Positions 1 to 10,166 of a DNA stretch of 64,000 nucleotides are shown in pieces. Below the pieces are notes generated by a model. That model was not told the origin of the DNA. It saw only the letters and a list, made by a program, of their open reading frames with translations, and searched no databases. Position 1 is the stretch's first letter, and every line of letters starts with the position of its first letter. A program made the position numbers and the translations under genes. This DNA is from Candidatus Hermodarchaeum yapensis (GTDB taxonomy: Archaea; Asgardarchaeota; Hermodarchaeia; Hermodarchaeales; Hermodarchaeaceae): contig JAEOSK010000009.1 of assembly GCA_016840405.1 (NCBI GenBank), positions 26,808-90,807 of the forward strand, given 5' to 3'.

Positions 1-2196
1 TTAACAGAGCGAGATTTACCACACCTTCTATTTTCCGGACCCGCAGGAACCGGCAAAACTACAGCAATTCTTGCATTTTCACACGAACTCTTCGGAGAAC
101 AATTTTCAGGAAATTTCTTAGAACTAAACGCAAGCGTTGCTCCAGAGACACCAATTCTGATAAGGGAAAATGGAAAAACAGAGAGAATCAATTTTGAAAT
201 TCTTTCTAAAAGATACTTCAAAAAAGATGAAAAATATGCCAAACCCTCCACTCTTGAAATCCTCTCAATAGATGATAGCTACAAAGTAAAATTCATGCCA
301 GTAAGTTTGATCTCAAGACATAAGGTGACTAAAATTGCTAGGATAAAATATGGGGGCGGGGAGGTCAAAACAAGTCTAAACCATTCTGTAATAATTCTTG
401 ATAAAAAGGGAAACTTAACTCCAAGGGAGGTTTCAGATCTAGAAGAAGGGGATTTGTTAATTACTTTCTGTAAAGACATTGAAGGCCAAGAAAACATACT
501 CTTAGATTTCGAGGAATATGAACCACAAATATTCAACGAACTACAAAGTGGTCTCGTAAGGAATCCAAAAATTAAGAATATTCTAAAGAACTCAGAATTA
601 GATGAAGAGCTAGCATGGCTCTTTGGTACATATCTGGCAGAGGGCTGTTTAAGTTTTTGTAGGAATACAAGTGGTGGTCTAGTTTTTGAATTCGGATATC
701 CAGGCGAAATGGATCAAGTTGAAAGAGTTCAAACGATATTAGAAGAGAAGTTTAATCTTAAGAGTAAAACTAAGTTAGGTGGTTCAGGCTTCGACAGGAC
801 CAGAATGAGCTCTATACAAATACGAGTGCATAATACCCAATTAGCACGATTTTTCAGAAATAATTTCTATAATGGCTCAGAGGAATTTACTGCGAAATTT
901 AAGAGAGTGCCAAAATTCATTTACGACTCCCAATTTAAATGGGATTTTTTGAAGGGTTATGCTAATGATGCAATGGGACATTGGGGAGAATATCTTAGGT
1001 ATTCGTCAAAATCAGAAGAAAATCTAATTGATATTACTTGGTTAGGTCGAATCTCTGGTGTGGATACTTCTTGCTTTAAAGAAGAAACAAGAATCATTTG
1101 GAAAAAACCTTCATTTTCGTACATCAAAACTGATCTCATGCCTGCAGAACCTATAATTAATCTTTGTAAAGAGAACGACGAGAATATTGATTTTAACTGG
1201 AGATATCTCCTAAGGCATCAACTATATTCAAAACAAAGTAAAAGGGTATCAAAGAAACTAGTGAAAGAACTTCTTGAAAGAATAAGAGATAAGATAGGTA
1301 GGGAAAAGGTAGAGGGATTAATGAAACTAGTGGATTCCCCACTTTCAGTAGTTCTCATAAAGAAAATAGAAATTAATGAATATAATGGTTATCTTTACGA
1401 CGTAGCTGTTCCTGGCTCAGAGATGTTCTGGGGCGGAACTGCACCTATTTTATTACACAATAGTGATGAACGGGGCATTGATGTGATTCGGAATCGTGTC
1501 AAGAGTTTTGCTCGAACCCGCCCCTTGGGAGATGCTCCTTTTAAGATAATTTCATTGGATGAAGCTGATTCTCTAACTCGTGATGCACAACATGCTCTCC
1601 GAAGAACAATGGAACGATACGTCAGTAGTTGCCGGTTTTGCTTAATTGTAAATTATTCAAGCCGAATTATTGATCCTATCCAATCTCGATGTGCAATTTT
1701 CCGGTTCCCCCGGCTAGACCAACAGCAGCTCAAAAAGAGAATTCACTATATTGCTAAACAGGAAGGAGTTGAACTTTCTGAAGATGGAATAGACGCTATT
1801 CTTTATGTTTCCAGTGGTGACATGCGACGGGCAATTAATGTTCTTCAAGCAGCGGCAGTAACTAAGAAACTGGTTGATGCTGATGCAGTTTATAGTACAA
1901 CAGGCAAAGCCCGACCAGAAGAAGTAAGAGAGATGATTAATTCTTCCTTAAATGGCGATTTCTTAGAAGCACAGAACAAACTTCGAAATCTGTTGGTGTG
2001 GCAGGGATTATCCGGATCTGATATAGTCCGACAAATTCACAGTGAAGTTTTGAAGCTTGGTGTTGATGAAAAGATTAAGGTCCAACTTGTTGGATTAGTG
2101 GGCGAAGCGGAATTTCGACTTACTGAAGGAGCTGACCCAGAAATTCAGTTGAGTTATGTTCTGGCAAACTTTGCGTTAATTGGGAATCCCAAGTGA
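1..2196 (+). CDS. rfcS: Replication factor C small subunit, intein-containing, 5' end outside window
   Basis: Frame is open from base 1: PHLLFSGPAGTGKTT, ELNA|intein|SDERGID, DEAD, SRC motif (IQSRC). Confidence 0.96.
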   Translation, partial: LTERDLPHLLFSGPAGTGKTTAILAFSHELFGEQFSGNFLELNASVAPETPILIRENGKTERINFEILSKRYFKKDEKYAKPSTLEILSIDDSYKVKFMPVSLISRHKVTKIARIKYGGGEVKTSLNHSVIILDKKGNLTPREVSDLEEGDLLITFCKDIEGQENILLDFEEYEPQIFNELQSGLVRNPKIKNILKNSELDEELAWLFGTYLAEGCLSFCRNTSGGLVFEFGYPGEMDQVERVQTILEEKFNLKSKTKLGGSGFDRTRMSSIQIRVHNTQLARFFRNNFYNGSEEFTAKFKRVPKFIYDSQFKWDFLKGYANDAMGHWGEYLRYSSKSEENLIDITWLGRISGVDTSCFKEETRIIWKKPSFSYIKTDLMPAEPIINLCKENDENIDFNWRYLLRHQLYSKQSKRVSKKLVKELLERIRDKIGREKVEGLMKLVDSPLSVVLIKKIEINEYNGYLYDVAVPGSEMFWGGTAPILLHNSDERGIDVIRNRVKSFARTRPLGDAPFKIISLDEADSLTRDAQHALRRTMERYVSSCRFCLIVNYSSRIIDPIQSRCAIFRFPRLDQQQLKKRIHYIAKQEGVELSEDGIDAILYVSSGDMRRAINVLQAAAVTKKLVDADAVYSTTGKARPEEVREMINSSLNGDFLEAQNKLRNLLVWQGLSGSDIVRQIHSEVLKLGVDEKIKVQLVGLVGEAEFRLTEGADPEIQLSYVLANFALIGNPK
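133..1461 (+). mobile_element. Intein in RfcS (443 aa) with LAGLIDADG domain
   Basis: Starts SVAPETPILI after ELNA, ends LLHN before SDERG; motif LAWLFGTYLAEG; second motif degenerate (FLKGYANDAMG). Confidence 0.93.
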
Positions 2197-3431
2197 TGAT
2201 AATGATGATAGATCAGCCTTGGGTAGAAAAATATCGACCACAATCAAGCAAGGATCTTGTAGGTAATACCACTGCGATTTCAAAGATTAAGAAATGGCTC
2301 AGTAACTGGCCCAAGAGTATTTCTCGAAATAAACGAGCCTTGATGCTCTTTGGTCCTTCAGGTGTAGGAAAAACATTAGTGGCTCATACAATTGGCTCAG
2401 AGCTAGGTTATGACATAACTGAAATTAACGCTACTGTGAAAAGAAGCAAAAAAAGTATGGATGAATTATTACAAACTTCAACGATGACAGGAACACTTAC
2501 CAGCACACGAGGGAGAGTATTATTGGTTGATGAGCTGGCTGGACTAAGTGGTAAATCCGATAGGGGTGCTGCTTCAGCTTTAAAAGAGCATATTCAGAAG
2601 ACGCGCGTGCCCATCATTTTAGTCACAAATGATATTTCTGAGCCCAAGATTCGACCGTTAAGAAAGATTACTACACTTATTGAATTCGAACCGGTTAAAG
2701 AGTCGGAAATAGTTGAGATGTTGAAACAAATATGCAATCAGGAGAAAATAAGATTTGAGGATTCAGCTTTAGATACGTTGGCTTCTCATTCTCGTGGTGA
2801 TATAAGAGCTGCAATAAATGACTTGCAAAGCATTTCAAAATCTGTTAGTGTACTAAATAATAGAAATTTGCTCGAGTTCATACAATCAAGAGATCAAAGA
2901 ATTGACTTAAACGAGGCTCTTGACCGGATTTTTTATGCCGAGACATGGAATAAAGCCATCATCGCAGCTAATCAAATAGATGTATACCCTGATGAACTAA
3001 TCAGATGGATTAATGCGAACATACCGCTAGTTTTTCCTGAATTAAAACAACAAATCAAGGCTTTTGATTTCTTATCAAGGGCAAGCATATTTTCCCGTCG
3101 AATAAATCGAACTCAGAATTGGAGGCTCCTCCCTTATTCTAAGGAACTAATGTGCATAACAGGAACAATAACAGATGGAACACCAACACCGAAACGTTCT
3201 GAATATCGTTTTCCAGATTGGATACAACAAATGGGATTTTCTCGGGGTGTACGACAAAAACGGGTTCTAGTTGGACACGCCCTATCGCCAATCGTTCATC
3301 TATCAGCCAAAAGAGCCTACGAAGAATACATCACCGTGCTCAAAGCTCTTCTCAAAGAAGCGAAACTTAAGGAAAGAGTCAAGAATGACCTAGACTTGTC
3401 AGAGGATCTTGTTCACTTTATTCTCAAGTAA
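2193..3431 (+). CDS. rfcL: Replication factor C large subunit
   Basis: PWVEKYRP, GPSGVGKT, EINAT, GDIRAAINDLQ; follows rfcS. Confidence 0.93.
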   Translation: MMIMMIDQPWVEKYRPQSSKDLVGNTTAISKIKKWLSNWPKSISRNKRALMLFGPSGVGKTLVAHTIGSELGYDITEINATVKRSKKSMDELLQTSTMTGTLTSTRGRVLLVDELAGLSGKSDRGAASALKEHIQKTRVPIILVTNDISEPKIRPLRKITTLIEFEPVKESEIVEMLKQICNQEKIRFEDSALDTLASHSRGDIRAAINDLQSISKSVSVLNNRNLLEFIQSRDQRIDLNEALDRIFYAETWNKAIIAANQIDVYPDELIRWINANIPLVFPELKQQIKAFDFLSRASIFSRRINRTQNWRLLPYSKELMCITGTITDGTPTPKRSEYRFPDWIQQMGFSRGVRQKRVLVGHALSPIVHLSAKRAYEEYITVLKALLKEAKLKERVKNDLDLSEDLVHFILK

Positions 3432-3445
3432 TGTCATCCAAGTTC

Positions 3446-3766
3446 TCACTCAGATTTTTCCCAGAGTTCAATGAACCGTCGGAGAGCTAGAGCACGCAGA
3501 TTCTCGATTTTATATCGAAATATCCTTATTCGGCCGAACGTTTTTTCCTGAACGAGTTGCGCACGTTCTAAAAACCGAAGATGCCTCCTTGTAGTACTGT
3601 GATTCAGCTGAGCTCTCCGGGCGATTTCAGAGATATTTAGCTCACCACACTCAGCCAACAGACGAATTATCTTGATACGTCCGCGAGAGGAGAAAAGAAG
3701 TTCAACTGGAATTAGTCGATTATCGGGAACCTGCTCAAGAATAGCTGTCTCAGGTCTATCAATCAC
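3446..3766 (-). CDS. ArsR-like winged-helix protein
   Basis: LFSSRGRIKII...ELNISEIARRAQLNHSTTRRHL; overlaps the cdc6 stop codon. Confidence 0.8.
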   Translation of the reverse strand: MIDRPETAILEQVPDNRLIPVELLFSSRGRIKIIRLLAECGELNISEIARRAQLNHSTTRRHLRFLERAQLVQEKTFGRIRIFRYKIENLRALALRRFIELWEKSE

Positions 3767-4971
3767 CTACTGCCACCAACTTTCTTTTTTTCAATCTGTA
3801 GTTCAAGTTCGCGTTCTAACACTACGGCTGGAATATCAGGAAGCCCAATTAGAGTGGTTTTTCCGCGTTGACCAATGCCAGAAAGTTTCGAAGATAGAAT
3901 TCCTAACCCGACAAGATCTTGAACATACGTCCATATTTGGGTATGAGCGCGTGGCGTTTGGCCATTCTCTTCACAGACAAGCCGATACCGCGCTTCTAGC
4001 TCACCAGTTTTCACGTAGGCATCTTCTGAAGGTTTTAACAATCTGCATACGGCGAGCAGCAGAAATTTCTGGTGAAGCGATAAATCCAAGAGAACCTCCC
4101 GTCGTATTTCAGGCGTGGTAAAAGCTTTAGCACTTCTCACGAACTCGGGTAAGATGCGAAGTACACCCTTCTCGTCCGCAGCTTTCCCTGCGTGATACAG
4201 AAGTGATAGAGCGTACCGTGCATCTCCTGATGTTCCTGCGATATCAGTGATTAGATCAATTGTGCTTTCAGGAACTGCTCCGTCGAGAACGGCTTCTTTT
4301 ACTCGATAGTTCAGGATATCTCGAAGCTGGAGGGAGTTATAACGATTGAATTGTATTAGGTTCTTCTGTAGTGTACTCCAAGTACTTGGATCAAGAATGT
4401 AGCCAAAAAGTGGACTACGGCTTATACCTATTAATGATACTCTTTGTTGCGCGTTTAATTGGTCATCCACAGTACGTGATAAAAGATAAAGAAGTTCTTC
4501 TCCACATCGTTTGAGAAATACACCGAGTTCATCTAGCGTAATGAGCAAATACAGGTTGTTTGTTTCAATAAACTCCAAAATTATTGAAAGTAGTTCTTGT
4601 GTTGAGAGCCCCCGGAGAGGAATACCTGTTTGAAGCGCCGAGAGTATTTTATTTAGAATCATATATTCGGTTCGTTCACGTCGCGCATTAACATGAATAT
4701 ACACTAAGTTGAATCCATGACCCTGAGCAATCTCTGTCAGTAGTTTTCCAAATAGCTTTGTTACAGAAGTCTTTCCCGAACCTGTATCACCGACGAGTAA
4801 TACCTTTTGTGAAACATGACCAGGTGCCTCGATTACCCCGCGAAACAGCTGGGTTAGCTTACGGAGATGCTCTTCACGATGGGGGAGGGTGGGAGGAACA
4901 TAATCAATGGAAAGCTTCGCTTCATTGATGAATACAGATGGGCGTTGCAATTCATGCCGAATGATCTCCAT
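3763..4971 (-). CDS. cdc6: Cdc6/Orc1 initiator paralogue (origin-distal)
   Basis: YVPPTLPHRE, GDTGSGKT, LDE, GDARYAL, C-terminal wH with GQRGKTT. Confidence 0.93.
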   Translation of the reverse strand: MEIIRHELQRPSVFINEAKLSIDYVPPTLPHREEHLRKLTQLFRGVIEAPGHVSQKVLLVGDTGSGKTSVTKLFGKLLTEIAQGHGFNLVYIHVNARRERTEYMILNKILSALQTGIPLRGLSTQELLSIILEFIETNNLYLLITLDELGVFLKRCGEELLYLLSRTVDDQLNAQQRVSLIGISRSPLFGYILDPSTWSTLQKNLIQFNRYNSLQLRDILNYRVKEAVLDGAVPESTIDLITDIAGTSGDARYALSLLYHAGKAADEKGVLRILPEFVRSAKAFTTPEIRREVLLDLSLHQKFLLLAVCRLLKPSEDAYVKTGELEARYRLVCEENGQTPRAHTQIWTYVQDLVGLGILSSKLSGIGQRGKTTLIGLPDIPAVVLERELELQIEKKKVGGSR

Positions 4972-5079
4972 CCTGTGTTCTCCATTCGCGGTGTTCTGAA
5001 CATACAGAAGGTGTAATAAAAGAGAAGACAGAGTTAGAGATAAGTGAACTCGAGTTTTTGGTAACTGTTGATGGTAGAT

Positions 5080-5619
5080 TCATTTTTCACGAATCGGTTC
5101 GGAAAAGACTCGTGTTTGTAGATATTCTCCTAATACTGTTAGGGCATAGCTTGCTAGACGGGAATTATCGCAGTGATCGCGTCTATGCCTCCGAAGCTGT
5201 GCCGCGTTAAGAATACGGTTGAGAGTTGTAAACACCTCACGCGAATCGTTCATGAGAAGGGAGATTCGAGCTTCAGGGACATCAAGTTGTTCATCTAGAG
5301 ACACACGACCACCCCAGCCTTCATCGATGAAGAGAATAAGAAAGATAAGAGTTGCGATTCCAGTTACTAGGTAGCGAATCCCTAGTGATGTTGTAGGAAA
5401 CGAAGAGCCGGTTACTTCGGCTATGAGGATAAGCAGTTCTGATCCCGCGAAGCTGATAGCCACGACGGCGAGACCAACTAGCGAAAATACAAGCCGAATA
5501 CGTCTACGAGCATAGACATCTCTGATTATTGTATCAATAAAAAGGAAATCGCCAACAAGAGGATATAGAATGAAGAGTAAAGTAGCACGCATTCCCGATA
5601 CGGTCTTGGATTGAGCCAT
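5080..5619 (-). CDS. Hypothetical membrane protein (about 3 TM segments)
   Basis: 179-aa ORF with hydrophobic N-terminal segments. Confidence 0.6.
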   Translation of the reverse strand: MAQSKTVSGMRATLLFILYPLVGDFLFIDTIIRDVYARRRIRLVFSLVGLAVVAISFAGSELLILIAEVTGSSFPTTSLGIRYLVTGIATLIFLILFIDEGWGGRVSLDEQLDVPEARISLLMNDSREVFTTLNRILNAAQLRRHRRDHCDNSRLASYALTVLGEYLQTRVFSEPIREK

Positions 5620-5728
5620 AGACTAGCCCCTTTCTCACCGATTTGCCAAACAAAGAGGATACGATGGGAAAGAATATATAGCGTTCGTATGGTCTAATTC
5701 ACGCCCACGATAATTCTTTGGTGAGTCG

Positions 5729-6151
5729 ATGTCTGACCTTTGGTGGCCAAAATTCATCCGTAAACCCCGTCTAAAACTACGCGTGCCCCAGTTCCGAGGA
5801 GTGCACATGCCTTCAAAATGGATATTTTTCGCCATTGTACTAGGAATCTATTACTTCATAGTGAGTGGTAGTATTTTCAGTTTATCATATATTCCCCCAC
5901 CTTTTGGCGGAACAGAAGAAGCGCTTAGGATCCTTTGGCCAGGACTTAGCCGTCAGTTCCTTCTCGAAGGAATCGTCGGAGGAATCATGTACCTAATCGG
6001 CTTCATTGGATTCTTCTTTATGTACCATAGTACAAGGCACATCTACCGACCACGCTACTCCCAAATGTTGCTAGCCATAGGCATTGTTCTAATTCTCGTA
6101 TCTTTCATTACTTCCCAATACATGGTTAATTACAAGATATTTGTAAGATAG
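5729..6151 (+). CDS. Oligosaccharyltransferase OSTC/DC2 (OST3/OST6 family) subunit homologue
   Basis: PRLKLRVP..HMPS, YYFIVSGSIF..PPPFG, QFLLEGIV, three TM helices; resembles recalled eukaryotic DC2. Confidence 0.82.
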   Translation: MSDLWWPKFIRKPRLKLRVPQFRGVHMPSKWIFFAIVLGIYYFIVSGSIFSLSYIPPPFGGTEEALRILWPGLSRQFLLEGIVGGIMYLIGFIGFFFMYHSTRHIYRPRYSQMLLAIGIVLILVSFITSQYMVNYKIFVR

Positions 6152-6166
6152 GCAGATATTGCCTAG

Positions 6167-6742
6167 TTACCAAGGGACCGTCTTCAACCGTAAAAGATAG
6201 CCTATGAAATTTGCTAATAAGTGGATAATCGGTGTTACAATTAACAGGAAAGCCACAAAAAGTAACGGCAAAGGGGTAATAAGCCACCCAAAAAGAATTG
6301 CCATAATAAGAAAATCCAATTGATCAAGTAAGGGTGCTGGGCGACCTCTTGAGATATTCATTCTTCGTTTAACAAATGAACCAATTAAATCTCCAATCAA
6401 GGCTCCTAAAGCTACCATCATCACAAGTGGAATAGGTAATAACACAATAGGAACAAATTCGGGTGGCAGAATTAAATATTGTACAATCAGAGCTTCCAAA
6501 AATGGTGCAGTAAATACTTGGAGAAGCCCCACGCACACTCCACTAATGAACCCAATAATAAAACCTTCCCAACTCTTCCCAGGACCGAGTATGAAACGCT
6601 CATCCTTGAGAACACGTCCTCCATCAATTGGATGGGGAGAAGCAAAAAATTTGGCAAACACCGCAAACCCATTCGCAACATACGCTGGGAGAATATACCA
6701 AAAACCTAGAAGAAGCAGAATTGGATGAGACATTGTAATCAT
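6167..6742 (-). CDS. carS: CDP-archaeol synthase
   Basis: LPAYVAN, PIDGG, GKSWEG, GDLIGSFVKRR, PLLDQLDF. Confidence 0.93.
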   Translation of the reverse strand: MITMSHPILLLLGFWYILPAYVANGFAVFAKFFASPHPIDGGRVLKDERFILGPGKSWEGFIIGFISGVCVGLLQVFTAPFLEALIVQYLILPPEFVPIVLLPIPLVMMVALGALIGDLIGSFVKRRMNISRGRPAPLLDQLDFLIMAILFGWLITPLPLLFVAFLLIVTPIIHLLANFIGYLLRLKTVPW

Positions 6743-6752
6743 CTTGTTGGAG

Positions 6753-7433
6753 TTACCTAAAGCCTGATTCCTGTAATTGCAATACTAGAGTTAATGGTTC
6801 CGAATCTTGTGACCTAAACAACTTAAATTCTCTGTAACCCTTCGATTCAGCTCTTGAGATTAGGAGAGAGTAGGTACTCCAATACGAAGTTATTGAATCC
6901 GCAACCGGTCGGAAATTGTTTTCTCCTTCGATATTTCCACGGACCTGATTAATTAGAATTACAGCAACTGATTGAGATATCGCAAAGTTGGCAATCATTC
7001 CCAACTGTTGATTCAGCTTTCGATTGAGGATGAGATTCTCTGAACTTTCACCAAGTTCCTTCCGGTAAAGAGAAACGATTGTATCAAAAATTACCAACCG
7101 AGTGCCAGACGGGATTAATGACTCAAACTGTGAAACCATTAGTGCTTGATTATTGAAACTAGTTGGCGAAACTACATTAATCAAAGGAGTAATCTTATTG
7201 AATTCAGATCCAGACAATTGATTCAACCGAATTATCGGAAATTTCCCCTCTGTGTTTACATAAAACACCTGAAATCCATTTTTTGCTGTGGCAATAGCAA
7301 ACTGCAGAGCCAAGGTTGTCTTTCCAACCCCACCTGGTCCATAAATCTGGAATATCTCAGTGGATCGTAGACCCCCACCCAAGGCCTTATCCAACTCAGG
7401 AGCTCCAGAAGGGAAATATCTCATAATTGGCAT
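6753..7433 (-). CDS. radB: RadB-like RecA-family ATPase
   Basis: LDKALGGGL, GPGGVGKTT, VIFD, INQV; lacks the RadA N-domain. Confidence 0.85.
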   Translation of the reverse strand: MPIMRYFPSGAPELDKALGGGLRSTEIFQIYGPGGVGKTTLALQFAIATAKNGFQVFYVNTEGKFPIIRLNQLSGSEFNKITPLINVVSPTSFNNQALMVSQFESLIPSGTRLVIFDTIVSLYRKELGESSENLILNRKLNQQLGMIANFAISQSVAVILINQVRGNIEGENNFRPVADSITSYWSTYSLLISRAESKGYREFKLFRSQDSEPLTLVLQLQESGFR

Positions 7434-7446
7434 CTCGGTTAATATT

Positions 7447-7482
7447 ACTTCAATGAATTCAATGAATTTGTTATTATTAATG
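7447..7482 (-). repeat. Phased 9-bp repeat array A (upstream of radB)
   Basis: + strand acttcaatg aattcaatg aatttgtta ttattaatg; units read on the - strand include CATTGAAGT and CATTGAATT. Confidence 0.7.
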
Positions 7483-7505
7483 ATTACATAATAGGATTAG
7501 TATTA

Positions 7506-9461
7506 TCATACCTCTGAATAAAAAGATTTCAACTTGTCGAAGAGTACTCCATCGCTATCGTTGGAGCTTTTCAAATTTTCGATAATCCAACTGGGAAGCA
7601 AGCGACTACAAGATGGTGTTGCATAACGATCATCAAGAAACACTATTGCCCCACGATCATCAAGTCGACGAACAGAGCGCCCAGCTGCTTGCGAAGCACT
7701 CCTCAGTGCTGGCAGCTGATAACCGTAAAGTCGCCCTTTACCTGGAAATTGTTGTTCGAAATAATCAATACGGGTGGCTTCTATTGGGTTCGGTCTGGGA
7801 TAAGGAACCCCTACAACGATTACTGTTTGCATTTCCCTTCCTGGATAATCTTCACCCTCACTGTTTCTCCCACTCAACACACCCAAGAGCGCTGCTCCTG
7901 CATCAGCCCTGGCTTTATAGGCTTGAATCATGGCATCATTTTCGTTTGATGAACTGCCTGGTTTCTCTACAAAGAGCTCTCGATTGATTTGTGAGGCAAG
8001 ACCCGAATTAAGTAATGATTGTAAAACTGAATATGAGGGAACAAAGATTCCAACATTGTGAGTGGTAGCCTGGCATACCTCAACGATACGACGGGTTATC
8101 TTTGTAAACATTCTTGGTGTTCTGTATTTCATTGCTGTTGTTACACCAAGACTAATTACAGGAAAGATCTGATTAGGACTAAAAGGAGACGGCAAATTCA
8201 ACACCTGTGTTCCCTTAGGTAATCCCACTAAGTCAATATGAGCACTTATTGGTTGCAATGTCCCTGAAAGGTGAACTGACGAATGACAAGCTTCAAAAAC
8301 GGTAACCGTTGCACACCGTGGGTCTAGCGCAATTAGCTCTAGACGAGCAGAGTTTCTCTTGGATTCATTTCTTACAATGAAATACGCGGAATCAGAACGG
8401 TGGAGAGAATTACTCCATTTGACAAAGAATCTGCCTAGTGAATAAATATAGCTTATTGGAGCCAAGCTTTCAGTCAAGAGCTTCTTTATCAGTTTGTCTC
8501 CAAGTTGTAACAACTTTGTAGAAAAAGTCTCTAAATCGTTAGACTTTATCGATTTTGAAATTTGAGTATTGAAAACTTTTGGATCTAATTTTATTTCTTG
8601 CTCGGAGTGTGTTTCAAGTAGTTTCTGGATAACATGATCTAGTTTGTTACAGAATGTTACGACTGAGTGTAAGTCGTAGCGTTTTGCTTCCCTCCTTGCT
8701 TGACGAATGGAGTTAAGAGAAAGTTTAGCTGATGCCAATTCGACAGCTATCCGGGGGAGGTTATGGGCTTCATCTATGATGAGTATTGTATTTGAAAATG
8801 GTCGGGCGAAGGCCTCTAAAAATGATTGATGGATTTGGGGATCAAAAATCTGAAAATAGGTAGTTGCAACGACGGTAACAAAGGGTAATATCCGCTTTGT
8901 AAGTTCATAGGGACAAACCCGTTCTTTGAGGCATTTTTGACGTAGTTCCGACCCAGTTAGAGGTACCTTATAAAATTGAGTGTAATAATTCCGATTTCTT
9001 TTTGTCTTCTTTAAGAGATTTTGATAAAATTCACATCGCCCTGCGAGTCTTAATTGAAAACAAATGAACATGGCCTGTTGGGCATTAGATGCATATCTTT
9101 GAATCAAGGGATTCAAACAGGAAACAGCTCTCCCCCGTAGCACAACTCCGTTCAATCCTGTTGATTCTGAGATAAGCCGTAGTTCATGCATAACCCGATC
9201 CAGTTGTTTGTGAGTACGGGCGATGTAGACAATGCCATAATTATTCGTTTTAAGGAGAGGAAGCACTCCTGACAATGCAGCGATTGTTTTACCAAACCCA
9301 TTCGCGGCTTCGACACACAAGTGCGTTCCGACTGCTGCATATTCTTGAATGGCTCTGATAAGGGTTAGTTGACCTGGCCGAGGAGTCGAATACGGAAAAT
9401 AGGATGAAGCTGCATTAGCACACATTTGCCAAGTCCTCACAGATGAATATGTATCTACCAT
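7506..9461 (-). CDS. xpd: XPD/Rad3-family Fe-S DNA helicase
   Basis: ANGFGKT, Cys cluster incl. CPY, DEAHN, SGTL, SEG.DYPG, QAAGRSVR. Confidence 0.9.
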   Translation of the reverse strand: MVDTYSSVRTWQMCANAASSYFPYSTPRPGQLTLIRAIQEYAAVGTHLCVEAANGFGKTIAALSGVLPLLKTNNYGIVYIARTHKQLDRVMHELRLISESTGLNGVVLRGRAVSCLNPLIQRYASNAQQAMFICFQLRLAGRCEFYQNLLKKTKRNRNYYTQFYKVPLTGSELRQKCLKERVCPYELTKRILPFVTVVATTYFQIFDPQIHQSFLEAFARPFSNTILIIDEAHNLPRIAVELASAKLSLNSIRQARREAKRYDLHSVVTFCNKLDHVIQKLLETHSEQEIKLDPKVFNTQISKSIKSNDLETFSTKLLQLGDKLIKKLLTESLAPISYIYSLGRFFVKWSNSLHRSDSAYFIVRNESKRNSARLELIALDPRCATVTVFEACHSSVHLSGTLQPISAHIDLVGLPKGTQVLNLPSPFSPNQIFPVISLGVTTAMKYRTPRMFTKITRRIVEVCQATTHNVGIFVPSYSVLQSLLNSGLASQINRELFVEKPGSSSNENDAMIQAYKARADAGAALLGVLSGRNSEGEDYPGREMQTVIVVGVPYPRPNPIEATRIDYFEQQFPGKGRLYGYQLPALRSASQAAGRSVRRLDDRGAIVFLDDRYATPSCSRLLPSWIIENLKSSNDSDGVLFDKLKSFYSEV

Positions 9462-9498
9462 AAAAACCTCATCACCTGTTCAGTTGTAATTTTTGATT

Positions 9499-9534
9499 CA
9501 TTATACTTATTGAAATTATTGAAATCAATAATTT
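9499..9534 (+). repeat. Phased 9-bp repeat array B
   Basis: cattatact tattgaaat tattgaaat caataattt, between divergent xpd and the HTH gene. Confidence 0.7.
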
Positions 9535-9625
9535 AGAAATTGGTGATAGCCGGGTGTTAACACCGACGCATTTTTGAGGTGCCATTTCAATTCGTATACA
9601 AAATTGTATCCATGGAGATAGCCAG

Positions 9626-10138
9626 TTGACCCAAAAAAACGAAGTAGAGGAGACGCGCTCTTGGTCTCGCAGAATGCAAGAAGACCCAGTTACCCAATTG
9701 CTAGCAGAAAATAGCCACCTAACAAATGTGCAACTTGAAACACTCATCATAGACTATTTGCTGGATGGTTTTGGAGAGAAACGTATTGACTATAAAACTA
9801 AAGCCACCTTACGAGATCCAAGACCTAGAACAAAGAAGCCTAAGGGGATTAGTCGGGGATCGTTCAACCGATCACTCGCCCAAGCCCGAAAGAACGTATC
9901 AAAGTCGATTTTTACATTAGTTCTCCTAGGTTATTTAGGAATTCTGGAAACTCCATCACTCATGCAATATCAAGACCTCTCCGAAACTATTCGAAGTTAT
10001 GCACGAGAATATGACAAGGTAGCCACAACTAAGGAAACTCCAACACCAACTCACCTCAGCTCCCTTAAGCAAACACAACACCGCATCATTGCCCTAATCG
10101 AAGCACTTGCCAAACCGCTTGCCCTGAAACCCGAATAA
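9626..10138 (+). CDS. Conserved archaeal putative HTH DNA-binding protein
   Basis: SHLTNVQLE...GISRGSFNRSLAQARKN; TTG start with GGAGA upstream. Confidence 0.65.
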   Translation: MTQKNEVEETRSWSRRMQEDPVTQLLAENSHLTNVQLETLIIDYLLDGFGEKRIDYKTKATLRDPRPRTKKPKGISRGSFNRSLAQARKNVSKSIFTLVLLGYLGILETPSLMQYQDLSETIRSYAREYDKVATTKETPTPTHLSSLKQTQHRIIALIEALAKPLALKPE

Positions 10139-10166
10139 GGAACTTTATTGAAAGCCAAAAAAATAG

